A stretch of 64,000 bases of DNA from Candidatus Latescibacterota bacterium (GTDB taxonomy: Bacteria; Latescibacterota; UBA2968), in contig OZ240241.1 of the NCBI GenBank assembly GCA_965198115.1, positions 5,440,001-5,504,000 on the forward strand, given 5' to 3'. The number at the start of each line of letters is the position of its first letter. The first letter of the stretch is position 1. Shown piece after piece: positions 1 to 11,117 of this stretch. The position numbers and the translations under genes were made by a program. A model generated the notes under the pieces. That model had not been told where the DNA came from and ran no database searches. It saw nothing but the letters and a program-made list of their open reading frames with translations.

Positions 1-846
1 CGGCGGCATCTGGTCCTGGAGAACCGCGACCTCCTCCGTCGAACCCAGGAAGCCAACCGAATCAAAGGCGAGTTCATCAACGGCATGTCGCACGAAGTGC
101 GCACACCGCTGGGTCATATCACCGGCTTTACGCAATTGCTGCAGGACATGCTGGAGGGTCTGACCGACAAGCAGAGGGGTTACTTACAAAACATCCACGA
201 TGCAGCCGAGCGGCTGCTGGACATGTTCGAAAATATCCTGCAGTACTCGATGCTCAAATCGGGCGACGTCAGCATCTCCATCGAAGAAACGACGATCGAT
301 CAGTTGTTCGAGCTCGTGATCGATGATGCTCGCCCCCTGGCCGCCGAGCAGGGCGTCGAACTCAAGGTCGACCCGAACGACCGGGTCGTGGCGATCGACG
401 CCAGCATCTGCCGGCGCGTCGTCAGCCTTCTCGTCGACAACGCGATCAAGTTCAGCAGTGATGGAAAGGTCGTGACCCTCACCGCCGAGACCCTCCCCCC
501 GTCCCCCGTTCCCGACGACGTTAATGTGGCCGACCTCCCGCACCCCGTCGCTGGCTGGCTGGCCATCCACGTGGCCGATGAGGGGATCGGCATCGCCGAA
601 GAAGACAGGGAGCGGATCTTTGGCACGTTCACGCAGGCCGACAGTTCGCTGGAGCGGCACTACGAAGGGTCGGGAATCGGTCTTGCTTTGGCCTTGAGTC
701 TCGCCCGCCTCCACGGCGGCGCGATCTCGCTGTCGAGCGAGGTCGGCAAAGGCAGTACCTTCACCCTCTTCGTTCCCACCTGGGCCCACGAAGAATTCGC
801 CAATCTGTGTCGCACACAGACCGCAGGAACATCCTCTTTCTTCTGA
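1..846 (+). CDS. Sensor histidine kinase (HisKA + HATPase_c), 5' end outside window
   Basis: Frame open from base 1 (RRHLVLENRDLL...EANRIKGEFINGMSHEVRTPL); H-box, N-box DNAIKF, G1 DEGIGI, G2 GSGIGLAL. Confidence 0.93.
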   Translation, partial: RRHLVLENRDLLRRTQEANRIKGEFINGMSHEVRTPLGHITGFTQLLQDMLEGLTDKQRGYLQNIHDAAERLLDMFENILQYSMLKSGDVSISIEETTIDQLFELVIDDARPLAAEQGVELKVDPNDRVVAIDASICRRVVSLLVDNAIKFSSDGKVVTLTAETLPPSPVPDDVNVADLPHPVAGWLAIHVADEGIGIAEEDRERIFGTFTQADSSLERHYEGSGIGLALALSLARLHGGAISLSSEVGKGSTFTLFVPTWAHEEFANLCRTQTAGTSSFF

Positions 847-2159
847 CTGACAATCAACGGGCCGACCTGCTCGGGTGCGCCGGTCACCCCCTCATTCAGA
901 CGCCTCACATCGATAGGCTGGCTGCGAACGGGATCCGGTTCGGCAGCGCGTTCGCCACTACACCCATATGTTCGGCCAGTCGTGCCAGCTACCTCACCGG
1001 GGTCTACGAGCGCCGGCATCGGTTCACTTTTCACGCCCCGCCGCTTGCCAGGGTGTTCACCGATGCCAGCTACCCCGCGCTGCTCAGATCAGCCGGATAT
1101 CGGACCGGTCTTATCGGCAAGTTCGGCGTTTGTGCCAGTGGGATCGAGCCCTCACTCGAAGACGCGAACGCGCTCTGCAGCATGTTCGATGTGTTCGACA
1201 ACTACGAGCACTGGACGCCCGAAGGTTATGAAATCAGACAGCCCGACGGTACGATCCGGCACCTGACGGATAGGACGGGCGATAGAGCCATCGAATTCTT
1301 GCGCAATTGCTCCTGTGATCGACCCGACCAACCGTTCTGTCTCTCCGTCAGTTTCAACGCCCCGCACGCCCAGGATGGAACCCCTCAGCCCTACATCTGG
1401 CCCAAATCCGAGGACCACCTTTACGAGGATGATATCATCCCCGAGCCGGTCAACGCAGACCCCGCCTTCTTCGCCTCGCTCCCTGCCTTCATTCGAGAAT
1501 CGGAGAGCCGGGGGCGATGGGTCGAACGCTTCTCGACGGTCGAAAACTACCAACGTAATGTGAAGGGACTTTACCGAATGGTCAGCGGCGTGGACCGAAA
1601 CATCGGCAGGATCGTCGCCGAACTCGATCGCCTGTCGTTGAGCGACAGCACGAGCGTGATCTTCGCCTCGGATCACGGAATGTACTATGGGGAACGTGGT
1701 TTGAGCGACTGCTGGCAGTTAAACGAAGAATCGCTCCGCATACCGTTGATTGTCTTCGACCCGAAGACCGGGAACGTCCAGCGCGGAAGGGTTCGAGACG
1801 AAATGGCGCTCAACATCGACGTTGCGCCGACGATCCTCGAGCTTGCGGGACTCTCACCTCACCCTATGATGCAAGGTCAGAGTCTTCTACCATTTTTTGC
1901 GGGTATGGACATCGACTGGCGGACAGAGTTCTTCTGCGAACACCTGTTCGACAGACCCGGTATTCCGAAGAGCGAAGGAGTGCGCACGGAGGACTGGAAA
2001 TACATCCGGTACTTTGAACAGCAACCGGTCTTCGAGGAACTCTACGACTTGAACACCGACCCTCACGAATCCGTCAATCGAGCCAGCAATGCGTCGTATT
2101 CAATTCAGCTGCGTGAAATGAGGGATCGATGTGAGAAAATGCGTCAGGAAGCGGAATAG
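807..2159 (+). CDS. Formylglycine-dependent sulfatase
   Basis: NILFLLTDNQR, TPHIDRLA, CSASRASYLTG signature, GYRTGLIGK, SDHG, ELYDLNTDPHE. Confidence 0.92.
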   Translation: MSHTDRRNILFLLTDNQRADLLGCAGHPLIQTPHIDRLAANGIRFGSAFATTPICSASRASYLTGVYERRHRFTFHAPPLARVFTDASYPALLRSAGYRTGLIGKFGVCASGIEPSLEDANALCSMFDVFDNYEHWTPEGYEIRQPDGTIRHLTDRTGDRAIEFLRNCSCDRPDQPFCLSVSFNAPHAQDGTPQPYIWPKSEDHLYEDDIIPEPVNADPAFFASLPAFIRESESRGRWVERFSTVENYQRNVKGLYRMVSGVDRNIGRIVAELDRLSLSDSTSVIFASDHGMYYGERGLSDCWQLNEESLRIPLIVFDPKTGNVQRGRVRDEMALNIDVAPTILELAGLSPHPMMQGQSLLPFFAGMDIDWRTEFFCEHLFDRPGIPKSEGVRTEDWKYIRYFEQQPVFEELYDLNTDPHESVNRASNASYSIQLREMRDRCEKMRQEAE

Positions 2160-2389
2160 GCCAGGCAAACTGCAATGCCATGGGCTCCATCATTGGGCGA
2201 ACCGCCGTTCGCCCCGGAGTTTATCCCGAGCGAAGTCGAGGGGCCCACGGCGATGGATTCTACCGCCGACGGCCCACCGCCGACAAGGTTTCCGCTCCCA
2301 CCGGCGAGAACTCAGCTTCTGTCATCTGCCACAGAGGCAAAGCCGTCGTTTCCGTCCACCACCGACCGTCTACCGTCCACTCGCCTCAA

Positions 2390-3469
2390 CTACCACTTCT
2401 CAACCGCATACCCTTTCCCCGCCGTCATCTTCCCCGCCATCTCCGCGACCTTCCGATTCGGATCGTAAAGCGCCAGCTCGAACAGGCCTCGATGCTTCTC
2501 TGGATCGAGCTCACCCAGATGTCGAGCCGTCTGTAATCGGACGTGGGGCTCAGGATCTGACAGCCCTGTGCGGAACCAGTCCACGCGATCCTCACCGTGC
2601 CGTGTCATGAAGGCCACGGCCGCACCCCGAATTCGCTTCTCACCATCATCCAGCAGCGGCGCGATCAATTCGGTCTCCGCATCGTCACACTGCCGAGCCG
2701 TTTCCAGAACAGCGACTCGCACATCGATGGACTCGTCCTCGAACAACATCATACACCATTCGAAAAGATCCGGGTCATCAGACGCGGCAAGCATTCCAAG
2801 ACCCCGGACACGCCGAGACGCACGATCCGACATCAACGCCTCGAGTATCTTCTCCTCGTCCGGAGAGACATCCTGGGGGCCTTCATCCTTATCAGGCCAG
2901 AAGGACTCATCGGGCTTCGCCGGAATCCTGACCGCGTGAAGCGTGTTCGGGTCGATCTTGTACTTGCTGAGGTGCTCCGGGACCCACTGGCGTGCGAGGG
3001 ACAACAATTGAGCGGGCTCGAACGTGGCTTTCGGATTCTCCTTGAGCCGGCTCTGGATCCACTGTTCCAGCCTCAAGATCCCGGGATCTCGCCTACTTAC
3101 GCCCTTGTAGGGTTTTACCCCCGTGATGTGGTTGATCCAACTCGCCAGGTATTCGGCGGTAAAGATGTAGGGCAGATGCTTCTCGCCCGACTGATCCAAA
3201 ATAACCGAAGGCGGGACCTTCCCACGAATCACCACCACGTTGTTTTGTCTGTGCACGCCGCGGCTGCCATAGTGGGTCCGAAACAAGCCCAGATTCAGGT
3301 CGCACTTCAGCGTAACCGGCTGGTCCTTGTTCCTCTTCGCCTGCGTTTTTGCCCGCCGATTCGCATAGGCTCTATTCGTCGTGAACCAGATGCGCGCCTT
3401 TCTCGGCAGGAACCCGACAACCCGAATCTTCGCCGCTCTTTTCCGAGTAGTGCCGTGATATACGATCAT
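2390..3469 (-). CDS. HEAT-repeat protein with N-terminal ADP-ribosyltransferase-like (YHGT) domain
   Basis: N-terminal YHGT...WFTT...YA; C-terminal repeats DESIDVRVAVL, DGEKRIRGAAV, DPEPHVRLQTA, DPNRKVAEMA; GGAGG RBS upstream. Confidence 0.7.
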   Translation of the reverse strand: MIVYHGTTRKRAAKIRVVGFLPRKARIWFTTNRAYANRRAKTQAKRNKDQPVTLKCDLNLGLFRTHYGSRGVHRQNNVVVIRGKVPPSVILDQSGEKHLPYIFTAEYLASWINHITGVKPYKGVSRRDPGILRLEQWIQSRLKENPKATFEPAQLLSLARQWVPEHLSKYKIDPNTLHAVRIPAKPDESFWPDKDEGPQDVSPDEEKILEALMSDRASRRVRGLGMLAASDDPDLFEWCMMLFEDESIDVRVAVLETARQCDDAETELIAPLLDDGEKRIRGAAVAFMTRHGEDRVDWFRTGLSDPEPHVRLQTARHLGELDPEKHRGLFELALYDPNRKVAEMAGKMTAGKGYAVEKW

Positions 3470-3617
3470 AGATTCGCCTCCGTGATGTCCCTAATAAGAT
3501 AGGACATCGTCGAAGCGCTTCAGGTTCCACACCCCGGATGATCGGACCACAGCCCTCCGCACATACTTGGAGCCTTCGCGTCTTCGTGTTCTGAATTCCC
3601 CGGTGTCTGGTGACTCC

Positions 3618-4649
3618 CTAAGGTACCGGGGTCTCTCCACCCAACAGGGACTCCGCCTTCAACTCCGCCCAGAAATCGCTTGGAATAGCGTGCTCGAAGT
3701 AGCCGGCGTTCGTCTTAATCTCCTCGACCGATCGAGCGCCAGGGATAATGGTGGCAATCGCAGGGTGACCGAACGGGAACTGGAGCGCCGCCGACTGTAG
3801 TGGAACGTCGTGGCGACCGCAAACCGCCTCGATACCTCTCACCCTCTCCAGAATCTCCTCCGGGGCTTCCCCATAGTTATAATGAGCTCCCTCGATCGCG
3901 CCGGTCGCCAGAATTCCTGAGTTGTAGGGACCACCCACGATGATGCGAATCCCCTTCTCGGCGCACAGAGGCAGGAAGCTGTCCAGCGGTTCCTGCTCCA
4001 GCAGCGTGTATCGGCCGGCAAGAAGGAAACAATCGAAGTCCCCTGCTTTCGCGAATTCGGCAAGCATCTGCCACTGATTCATGCCCAGTCCAATCGCCTT
4101 GATCACCTTCTGCGATCTCAACTCGTCCAGCGTGGGATAGGTATGCTCCATCACATCGGCAAAGTGACTGACCGCGAACGGATCTGCACCCGGGGACCAG
4201 AGCGTCGCGCCTTCGTCCGGATCGTGGATGAGTAGAATGTCGACGTGGTCTGTTTGTAGTCGGTCCAGGCTCTCGTCGATCGAGCGCAATACCGCGTCTC
4301 GGGAGTAGTCGTGAATCGCATCGAGCGGGGGGGCGTCGACGAACGGTGCCTTGTGAGGTTCGTCCGACGTGCGTTCGACAAGGCTGTAGCCCACCTTCGT
4401 CGAGATCACGAAGTTGTCCCGGCCCACGGCGGTCAACGCTTTGCCCAGGCGGGACTCGCTCAGCCCAAACCCGTAAAGCGGAGCTGTGTCCACATATGCC
4501 GTCCCAGCCTCGTGCGCGGCGCTCAGCGTGTCCACTGCCTCCTGATCGTACATCGCCTGATACATGTTTCCAAAGCCCGTCCCCCCCAGACCCATCTGTG
4601 TGACTTCGAGACCGTGCTTTCCAACGGGCTGTTTCTGGCTTGCTTTCAT
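3618..4649 (-). CDS. Aldo/keto reductase (D-threo-aldose/L-fucose dehydrogenase-like)
   Basis: DTAPLYGFGLSE, STKVG, LLIHDPD, LLAGRYTLL, GGPYNSGILA. Confidence 0.9.
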   Translation of the reverse strand: MKASQKQPVGKHGLEVTQMGLGGTGFGNMYQAMYDQEAVDTLSAAHEAGTAYVDTAPLYGFGLSESRLGKALTAVGRDNFVISTKVGYSLVERTSDEPHKAPFVDAPPLDAIHDYSRDAVLRSIDESLDRLQTDHVDILLIHDPDEGATLWSPGADPFAVSHFADVMEHTYPTLDELRSQKVIKAIGLGMNQWQMLAEFAKAGDFDCFLLAGRYTLLEQEPLDSFLPLCAEKGIRIIVGGPYNSGILATGAIEGAHYNYGEAPEEILERVRGIEAVCGRHDVPLQSAALQFPFGHPAIATIIPGARSVEEIKTNAGYFEHAIPSDFWAELKAESLLGGETPVP

Positions 4650-4793
4650 CGGCTTCTCCTCTACGCCATGGTGTTCAAAATCGGTTTCAGCCCACCGGCT
4701 GATCAGCGGAGCCGAACGGCAGCGAGGTCATCGCCGCCAGAGGCGGCTCCTGCCCTCCGCTCACAGCCCACCACCCACTGACATCTCTTTCGT

Positions 4794-5852
4794 CTACCGC
4801 AACATCCGCCCCCAGCTTTCCATCACACCCTCTTCCAGCGGAAGTTCCACACGCCGTCCCTCCATCATCGAAAGTGCGACGGCCTCGCAGAACTCCATAT
4901 ATCGCACACCGTCCTCAAAGTTCGGCGACACATCTCCCTCTTCGAGAATCGCTCTCACCCACTCGCCGTCCGTCGTCTGATCGCGCACTTCCTTTTCAGG
5001 GATCTCGATCGGCTTCAAAGTCTCGCCCACGAGACCGCCACTCAGCTCGCCCGCGAACATTTGATACACCAGCGCCCCCTTCGACCCGTAAATCTCGATT
5101 GCGTGACCTGGACCGCAGGCGGCAGCTGTCGAGAAATGATAGGTGGCTGTCGCTCCGCACACCAGATCTGCGGCAATGGCCAGCGAATCGGGAACCGCAG
5201 CCTCGACCCAATCCCCATCCACCGTCTTTCGTCTCTGGGTTTGCGTCTTGCCCCGCGCCGTCACCACGCTCGCTGGACCCACCCAGCGATTCAGCACCTC
5301 CACCCACAGTCCCAGAGTCATCGAGTTCACGCCGACGACGTCGGGGTCGGCCTGCCACGCATAGTCATCAGGTGGCTCAGCCAGCGCCAACCCGCTGACA
5401 CGTACGTCGCGAATCTCTCCAACGAAATCCTCCTGAAGAAGCCGACGTATAACGCGGTCGCCCTTCAGACCTGGGAAGGGCGGATACAGTCCCGCTACCA
5501 GGCCGCTCGCCTTGGCTGCCACCGTCATCGCCAGCGCTTCCTTCAAGTTGCGCGCCATACGTCCCTGGCAGAGCACGTGCTTCCCGGCCTCCAGAGCTGC
5601 GAGGGTCTGGGTAGAATGAAGAATCGGTGGCGTGGACACGATGACCGCGTCCACTTGGGGAGAGTGGACGATTTCCTCCCAGCTGTCCACGACCTCGGGG
5701 ATGCCGAACTGGCCAGCCAGCTTCTCCGCATTCGCGCGTTGGCGAGACCAGATCAGACTCACGTCCGCTTCTTCGACCGCTTGTAACCGCGGGAGATGAC
5801 GTTCTTGAGTGACCCAGCCTGCGCCCATTACACCGATTCTGACCCTGTCCAC
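4794..5852 (-). CDS. Gfo/Idh/MocA family oxidoreductase
   Basis: IGVMGAG, VDAVIVSTPP..H, ALEAGKHVLC, IEIYGSKG. Confidence 0.88.
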   Translation of the reverse strand: MDRVRIGVMGAGWVTQERHLPRLQAVEEADVSLIWSRQRANAEKLAGQFGIPEVVDSWEEIVHSPQVDAVIVSTPPILHSTQTLAALEAGKHVLCQGRMARNLKEALAMTVAAKASGLVAGLYPPFPGLKGDRVIRRLLQEDFVGEIRDVRVSGLALAEPPDDYAWQADPDVVGVNSMTLGLWVEVLNRWVGPASVVTARGKTQTQRRKTVDGDWVEAAVPDSLAIAADLVCGATATYHFSTAAACGPGHAIEIYGSKGALVYQMFAGELSGGLVGETLKPIEIPEKEVRDQTTDGEWVRAILEEGDVSPNFEDGVRYMEFCEAVALSMMEGRRVELPLEEGVMESWGRMLR

Positions 5853-5862
5853 ATCGTACTCC

Positions 5863-6462
5863 TCAGAGAAGATTCTGCTTATTTCGCACGCTCTCGCTTC
5901 GTCGACATGAGTTCCACCATCTGAAATGATCCGTCAAGTATCCGACATAGAATCGACATAGATCCTCGAAGGAGTTACTGAAGACCTTACCCGTCACGTA
6001 AGTCTCGAGGTCGTCGATCGAGCAGTGCCACCCACCGGCCACGCCCGACCATGGAGTCCCTGGGCCGCCTGGTTGGTGGATGTCTACCGCATTAGCCTGT
6101 TCTGGAAGCTGGGTCTCCTTTGGAGCGGCACTGTCCGCCCAATTGCAGAGGAATGAGAACACCGTCCCTTCGCCCTCTGTCTTCAATTCAAATCACATGC
6201 CCCCACTCTTGAAGGGGTCACCCCCGAAGTCGATATACTCGCGCTCTCCGAGGTCCGTAATCGTATTCTTCCAATGGTGAGCAAAGACGCCGCCCGGACG
6301 CAGATCGATCTCGACAGGACAGATCCACCATTCATCGAGTCCCTCCTTGGTGCTCACAGCCTCTCAGACGCGTGCGACCGGAACGTCGAGTTTACGAAAC
6401 CAGACCATCGCGTGGGGATCGATGAACCTGCCGGCATTTTCGAGCGTGTCGCTATCGGCCAC
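5863..6462 (-). pseudogene. SRPBCC/AHSA1-like protein interrupted by two in-frame TGA codons
   Basis: GTG at 6462 after AGGAGG; reads MADSDTLENAGRF...PVARV*EAVSTKEGLDEWW...EIDLRPGG...GGM*FELKTEGEGTVF...AGGWHCSIDDL; TGA at 6364-6366 and 6193-6195. Confidence 0.75.
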
Positions 6463-6777
6463 ACTTTCCTCCTACATTCATGATGTCGTTCTCCGACATT
6501 GCAGAAACCGGCAGGACCGCGATAGCACGCATTTGCGTGTGAAGCTTTCGTTGGACAAGATCTGACGTAGCGCCAATTATGTCTACGATGCAAGGGTGTG
6601 CCTGCAGAATCGAAGCTCATTCAGCGATCCGCGTTCAGAGTGCGAATGTGGCGATTTCGGAGAACTGAGGGTGGCGTCTTCCCAGACCTGTGATGAGTTC
6701 ACGTTGTTCGAGGATGGCGTACCACGTCGCACCGCGAGGTCCTTTCCGGACGAGTAGTCTGCACAGACCCAGCCCAA

Positions 6778-7572
6778 ATGGACACTTTACGATATCTGAC
6801 GTCGATTCGACTCGAGCGCGATCGGGTTTCCTCTTTCGAAAAGTTTCCCTTCTGCCTCCCGGCCATACGTGGCCTCGACGAACTCGAATTGCATCCGAAC
6901 GTCACCTTCCTGATTGGCGAGAACGGCAGTGGGAAGTCGACGCTGCTCGAGGCTCTGGCGGTCAAGTGGGGGTTTAATCCGGAGGGCGGAAGCCGCAGCT
7001 TCGGCTTCTCCACACGCGACTCACACTCCGAACTACATCGATGCCTCCGTCTCGTTCGGGGAATCCGACAGCCCAAAGACGGTTACTTCTTCCGGGCGGA
7101 GAGCTTCTTCAATGTGGCGACGGAAATCGAGCGCATCGACGAAGAAACAAGGACATCGGGGAGTCCCAAGATCATCGAGTCATACGGCGGGCGATCTCTT
7201 CACGAGCAGTCTCACGGAGAGTCCTTCATCACGCTCGTCACGGAGCGCTTCTATGGCGAAGGCTTCTACGTTCTGGACGAACCCGAGGCGGCACTTTCCC
7301 CGACGCGTCAGCTCGCATTGCTCGTGCGGATGCACGAATTGATCACGAGCCACTCTCAATTCGTCATTGCCACGCACTCGCCGATTCTGCTCGCCTATCC
7401 CGACGCCAGGATTCTGTCGCTCGAGGAGGATGGAATCAGGGAAGTGAACTACGAGGAGACCGATCACTATGCCGTCACGCGTCGATTTCTACAGGACCAT
7501 CGCGGGATGACTCGAGAGCTGCTGGGCGAGAACTCAACAGAAACCCATTCCACTTCTCACCACCCAACGTGA
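6778..7572 (+). CDS. ABC/AAA_21-type ATPase (COG3910-like)
   Basis: Walker A GENGSGKST, FFRAESFFN, SHGESF, Walker B LDEPEAALSP, ATHSPILL. Confidence 0.9.
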   Translation: MDTLRYLTSIRLERDRVSSFEKFPFCLPAIRGLDELELHPNVTFLIGENGSGKSTLLEALAVKWGFNPEGGSRSFGFSTRDSHSELHRCLRLVRGIRQPKDGYFFRAESFFNVATEIERIDEETRTSGSPKIIESYGGRSLHEQSHGESFITLVTERFYGEGFYVLDEPEAALSPTRQLALLVRMHELITSHSQFVIATHSPILLAYPDARILSLEEDGIREVNYEETDHYAVTRRFLQDHRGMTRELLGENSTETHSTSHHPT

Positions 7573-7610
7573 TTCACGTGGTCACTTCCTAATCACGGAA
7601 AGACAATGCG

Positions 7611-7988
7611 ATGCCGGAAAGGGTCCAGAAAATGGTTGAGAACACGATCCCTGTCCTGAGTGTTCGTGATCTGCCGAAGAGCATCCGCTACTACACGGAG
7701 ACGCTCGAGTTTGAGCTGGACTGGGCCGGTGACTCCATCGGTTCTGTCTCGAAGGATGGGCATCCTATCATGCTTCGTGAGGCAGAGAGGGTTTCGGCCT
7801 CGTGGATATGGATCGGTCTGGAGAACGACTCCCTCTTCGATGCATACCGGAGCAAAGGTGTGAAGGTTGCTCAGGAGCCCCGGAACCACGACTGGGCGTA
7901 CGAGATGAAGTTTCAAGACCTGGATGGCAATGTCCTCTGGCTGGGAACGGAACCGAAGAAAGACCTTCCTCTTGCAGAGGGTGGTTGA
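7611..7988 (+). CDS. VOC/glyoxalase family protein
   Basis: IPVLSVRDLPKSIRYY..LEF, EPRNHDWAYEMKFQDLDGNVL; start may be the later ATG near 7632. Confidence 0.85.
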   Translation: MPERVQKMVENTIPVLSVRDLPKSIRYYTETLEFELDWAGDSIGSVSKDGHPIMLREAERVSASWIWIGLENDSLFDAYRSKGVKVAQEPRNHDWAYEMKFQDLDGNVLWLGTEPKKDLPLAEGG

Positions 7989-8091
7989 TGCGGCGAACGT
8001 GAGGCCTGCCTCGAGTCGACGCATTGCACTCAGAGGCAATGACACAAAAGTCAGATAACCGAAATCCACTCTACCCGGAAGAGAGATAAAC

Positions 8092-9072
8092 ATGGTCATT
8101 GGAACACAATTCATACCTGCGAATGCACAGCCAGAGTATTTCCATCACCTGAAGCAGTTGGGCGTCGACCACATCTGCAGCAACCCCCTAGGTCTGGCAT
8201 CATCCTGGACCGCGGACATCCTGAGCCGTCATCGAGAGCTGATGGAATCCTATGACCTGGCCCTCGATCTCATCCCTTTGGCTCACATCGGGCTCGCCCC
8301 GCGAGACGAGTTTCCGAACGTCATGCTTGGAACACCCGAACGAGACGCGGAGATCGACCGTGTGTGCGAGATCATCGAGGCGACGGCGGAAGCGGGGATC
8401 CCGGCCCTGAAATACTATCTCAGCTATCTCGGTGTTGTCAGCACGGGCCGGGTCGAAGGTCGGGGTGGGTCGTCCAACCGGACGTTCGTCTATGACGATG
8501 CCGAGCAGACGCCGCTGACGGAAGCGGGTCGCGTGAATGCGGATACTATGTGGGAACGGATCACGTATTTCCTGGAGCGCGTAATCCCGGTCGCTGAGCA
8601 GTATAAGGTTCGCATGGCCTGTCATCCCCACGACCCGCCCGTCCCCAGTCCACGAGGCCTGCGGGGGGTCGATCGGGTCATGGGGAACGTCGAGGGACTC
8701 AAACGATTCATCGACATCGCGCCCAGTCCCTACCACGGTCTTAACTTCTGCCAGGGTACGGTCTGCGAAATGCTCGAAAAACCCGGCGAAGAGATCTTTG
8801 ACATCATCCGGTACTTCGGTGAGCGTGACAAGATTTTCAACGTCCACTTCCGGAACATTCGGGGCGGATTCTGCAACTTCGTGGAAACGTTTCCGGATGA
8901 AGGCGACGTCGACATGCTCGAAGCCCTGAAGGTCTACCATGAGGTTGAATATCCGTACATGGTGATGCCCGATCACGTGCCTCAGATTTCTGGCCCCGAG
9001 CCTCGTCTAGTTGCTTTCGGATACGCCATCGGCTACCAGCGTGCCCTTCTACAGGCGATCGGGGCCGGTTGA
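8092..9072 (+). CDS. Mannonate dehydratase (UxuA-like) family protein
   Basis: [46 protein letters not shown]. Confidence 0.88.
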   Translation: MVIGTQFIPANAQPEYFHHLKQLGVDHICSNPLGLASSWTADILSRHRELMESYDLALDLIPLAHIGLAPRDEFPNVMLGTPERDAEIDRVCEIIEATAEAGIPALKYYLSYLGVVSTGRVEGRGGSSNRTFVYDDAEQTPLTEAGRVNADTMWERITYFLERVIPVAEQYKVRMACHPHDPPVPSPRGLRGVDRVMGNVEGLKRFIDIAPSPYHGLNFCQGTVCEMLEKPGEEIFDIIRYFGERDKIFNVHFRNIRGGFCNFVETFPDEGDVDMLEALKVYHEVEYPYMVMPDHVPQISGPEPRLVAFGYAIGYQRALLQAIGAG

Positions 9073-9153
9073 TAGAGTCCGAGAAAGGATACCATTCGAG
9101 CACCATCGTGGGGTCACGGAAGCCGTGATCCTACCCTAGAAAAGTCCCTGACT

Positions 9154-10022
9154 ATGACCTCGGATATCCTCATCAACACCTTCCCCGACTTTTTGACGTT
9201 CTGGGAAAACGCGAAGGATCAACCGATCGAAATCCAGATCGATACGTGGGAATCCGACTACATGTCCAAGTGGCCGCGCTGCTCGAGAAGCAGAAGAACG
9301 ACTACGGGCAGGGTGGCTACGACTGGCGCGAAATCGCCCGAGAGCGGGTTTTCCCCTATCTGCAGGATCGTATGCCTCTGATGACAGAGGCGGCGCAAGG
9401 TGTCGACTGCATCGATCCGATTCGCAGCAAGGTCCACCGGTTGGTCACGCACGATCTTGATGTGCTCTTCGTGGTTTATGTCGGCATCGGCTGCGGGGCA
9501 GGCTGGGGAACGACGCTCGAAGATCGACCGGCTTGTCTGTTCGGGCTAGAGAACATCGCCGAGTTGGGCTACTCGGATGAGAGATCGTTCTCAGGCCTCG
9601 TCGCCCACGAGTTGGGCCACGTCGTGCATACGCAACTGCAAGACCGACACGGACTCGAAGGAAAACCGGACTTTGTATGGCGGATGTGGCAGGAAGGCAT
9701 CGCCATGCGGCACGAGCATATCGTCATGGAAGAGGACAGCTGGCACGGCCAAGCGGCTGAGTGGGTCGTCTGGTGCAACGAGAACAAGGGGTGGCTCGCC
9801 TCGGAGTTCCTCAGGAGACAGAACGACGACGACGCGCGACGAGATTTTTTTGGATCCTGGTTCTCGGTCCAGGGGAGGAGCGGAACGGCTTACTTCCTGG
9901 GTCACGAAGTCGTTTGTGAGGTTGAACGTGAGCTATCCTTCGGGGACATCCTCCTCTTGCCTTGGGAGCAGGCGCGACAAAGGACCACAATGATCTTGGA
10001 ACGAATGGCTGGCTCACGATGA
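9154..10022 (+). pseudogene. Putative HExxH Zn-metallopeptidase-like protein, frameshift near 9275
   Basis: MTSDILINT...MSKWP continues in another frame as LLEKQKNDY...VGIGCGAGW...AHELGH...AYFLG. Confidence 0.6.
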
Positions 10023-10871
10023 ACATCGAACGATTAGCCGGCAATTTAGGCATCGAGGTCAAAGACATCGACCCAGCCACGATCTCCGACGAGGACTTGA
10101 AGCACCTTCTGCTGAACCTCTACGAACACCGGTTCGCCGTGCTTCGCACGCGGGGCCTGGCTGAGGATGATTACATTGCATTTGCGAAGCGCATCGGCGA
10201 TCCGCTCCCACTGACTACAAGCCGGACGGATCATCCGGAAATCGCGATGATCACCAACGTCGACAAGGATACCGAAGGAAAAACGAGGCGCCGCGCACTG
10301 GCACTCCGACCAGTCCTTCAAGAAAGAGGTGGCATCGATCACTATGTTGTATTCCGTCCAGGCTCCTCAAAGCGGTGGTCAGACGATGTTCTGCGACATG
10401 GTGGCGGCCTACGACGCACTTCCCGAAACAAGGAAAGAGCAGATCGAGCGTTTGATCGTCGAACACCGTCACGGCGTCTCGGTCGTGGCCCGCCCTGGCG
10501 ACCACATCCCCGTTCCGCCGAAGGATTGGGATCAGAGCACCACCGTCCATCACCCACTCGTGAGGCGGCACCCGGTGACCGGGACGAAGACCCTCTATGC
10601 GATTTCCGGAACGGTTCAGGGCATCGAGGGCTTCGCCCAGACCGAGGCTGAATCGCTGCTCGAAAACCTGTGCGATCACGCATTTCAAGACCGGTTCCTC
10701 GCTCAGCACAAACATTCTGTCAACGACCTGGTCATGTGGGACAACCCGACCACCATGCACAGCACCACCCCCATCCCCGCAGCCACCGGCCCTCACGACA
10801 CGCGAGTCATCCACCGCATCAGCCTCCGCGGCACCCCCTCTGTCTTCGGCACCACCCCATTGCCCAGCTAA
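10019..10871 (+). pseudogene. TauD/TfdA 2-oxoglutarate dioxygenase, frameshift near 10280-10290
   Basis: IERLAGNLGIEVKDID; after the shift HWHSDQSF, GGQTMFCDMVAAYDAL, HPLVRRHPVTG, MWDN..TMH. Confidence 0.85.
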
Positions 10872-11117
10872 GCGAGATAGCATAACAACGTCCGCGATGA
10901 CCTGTTACCACGAGTCGCTCTCTCCGGACCCGAGCGAAAGCCACGACCATCGACATCGCGCAGCTGAGCCCCAGAACCCCGATCAGGGCCTCCACACGAT
11001 CTGCCGCCACCATTCGTGTGCATTTGTGTTCATTAGTGGTTACCCGGTTTTCCTGAAACATCCACCCGATCGCACGACGTCAAACCCGGCAGCCACCGAT
11101 CACGCCGGGAGGGGTGC

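Noticed and set aside
968-1000. Sulfatase CxAxR variant as a novelty
   Set aside because: CxAxR is a known variant of the formylglycine signature.
6778-7572. Anti-phage defence system ATPase
   Set aside because: No partner nuclease or other defence gene is adjacent; this is a common stand-alone family.
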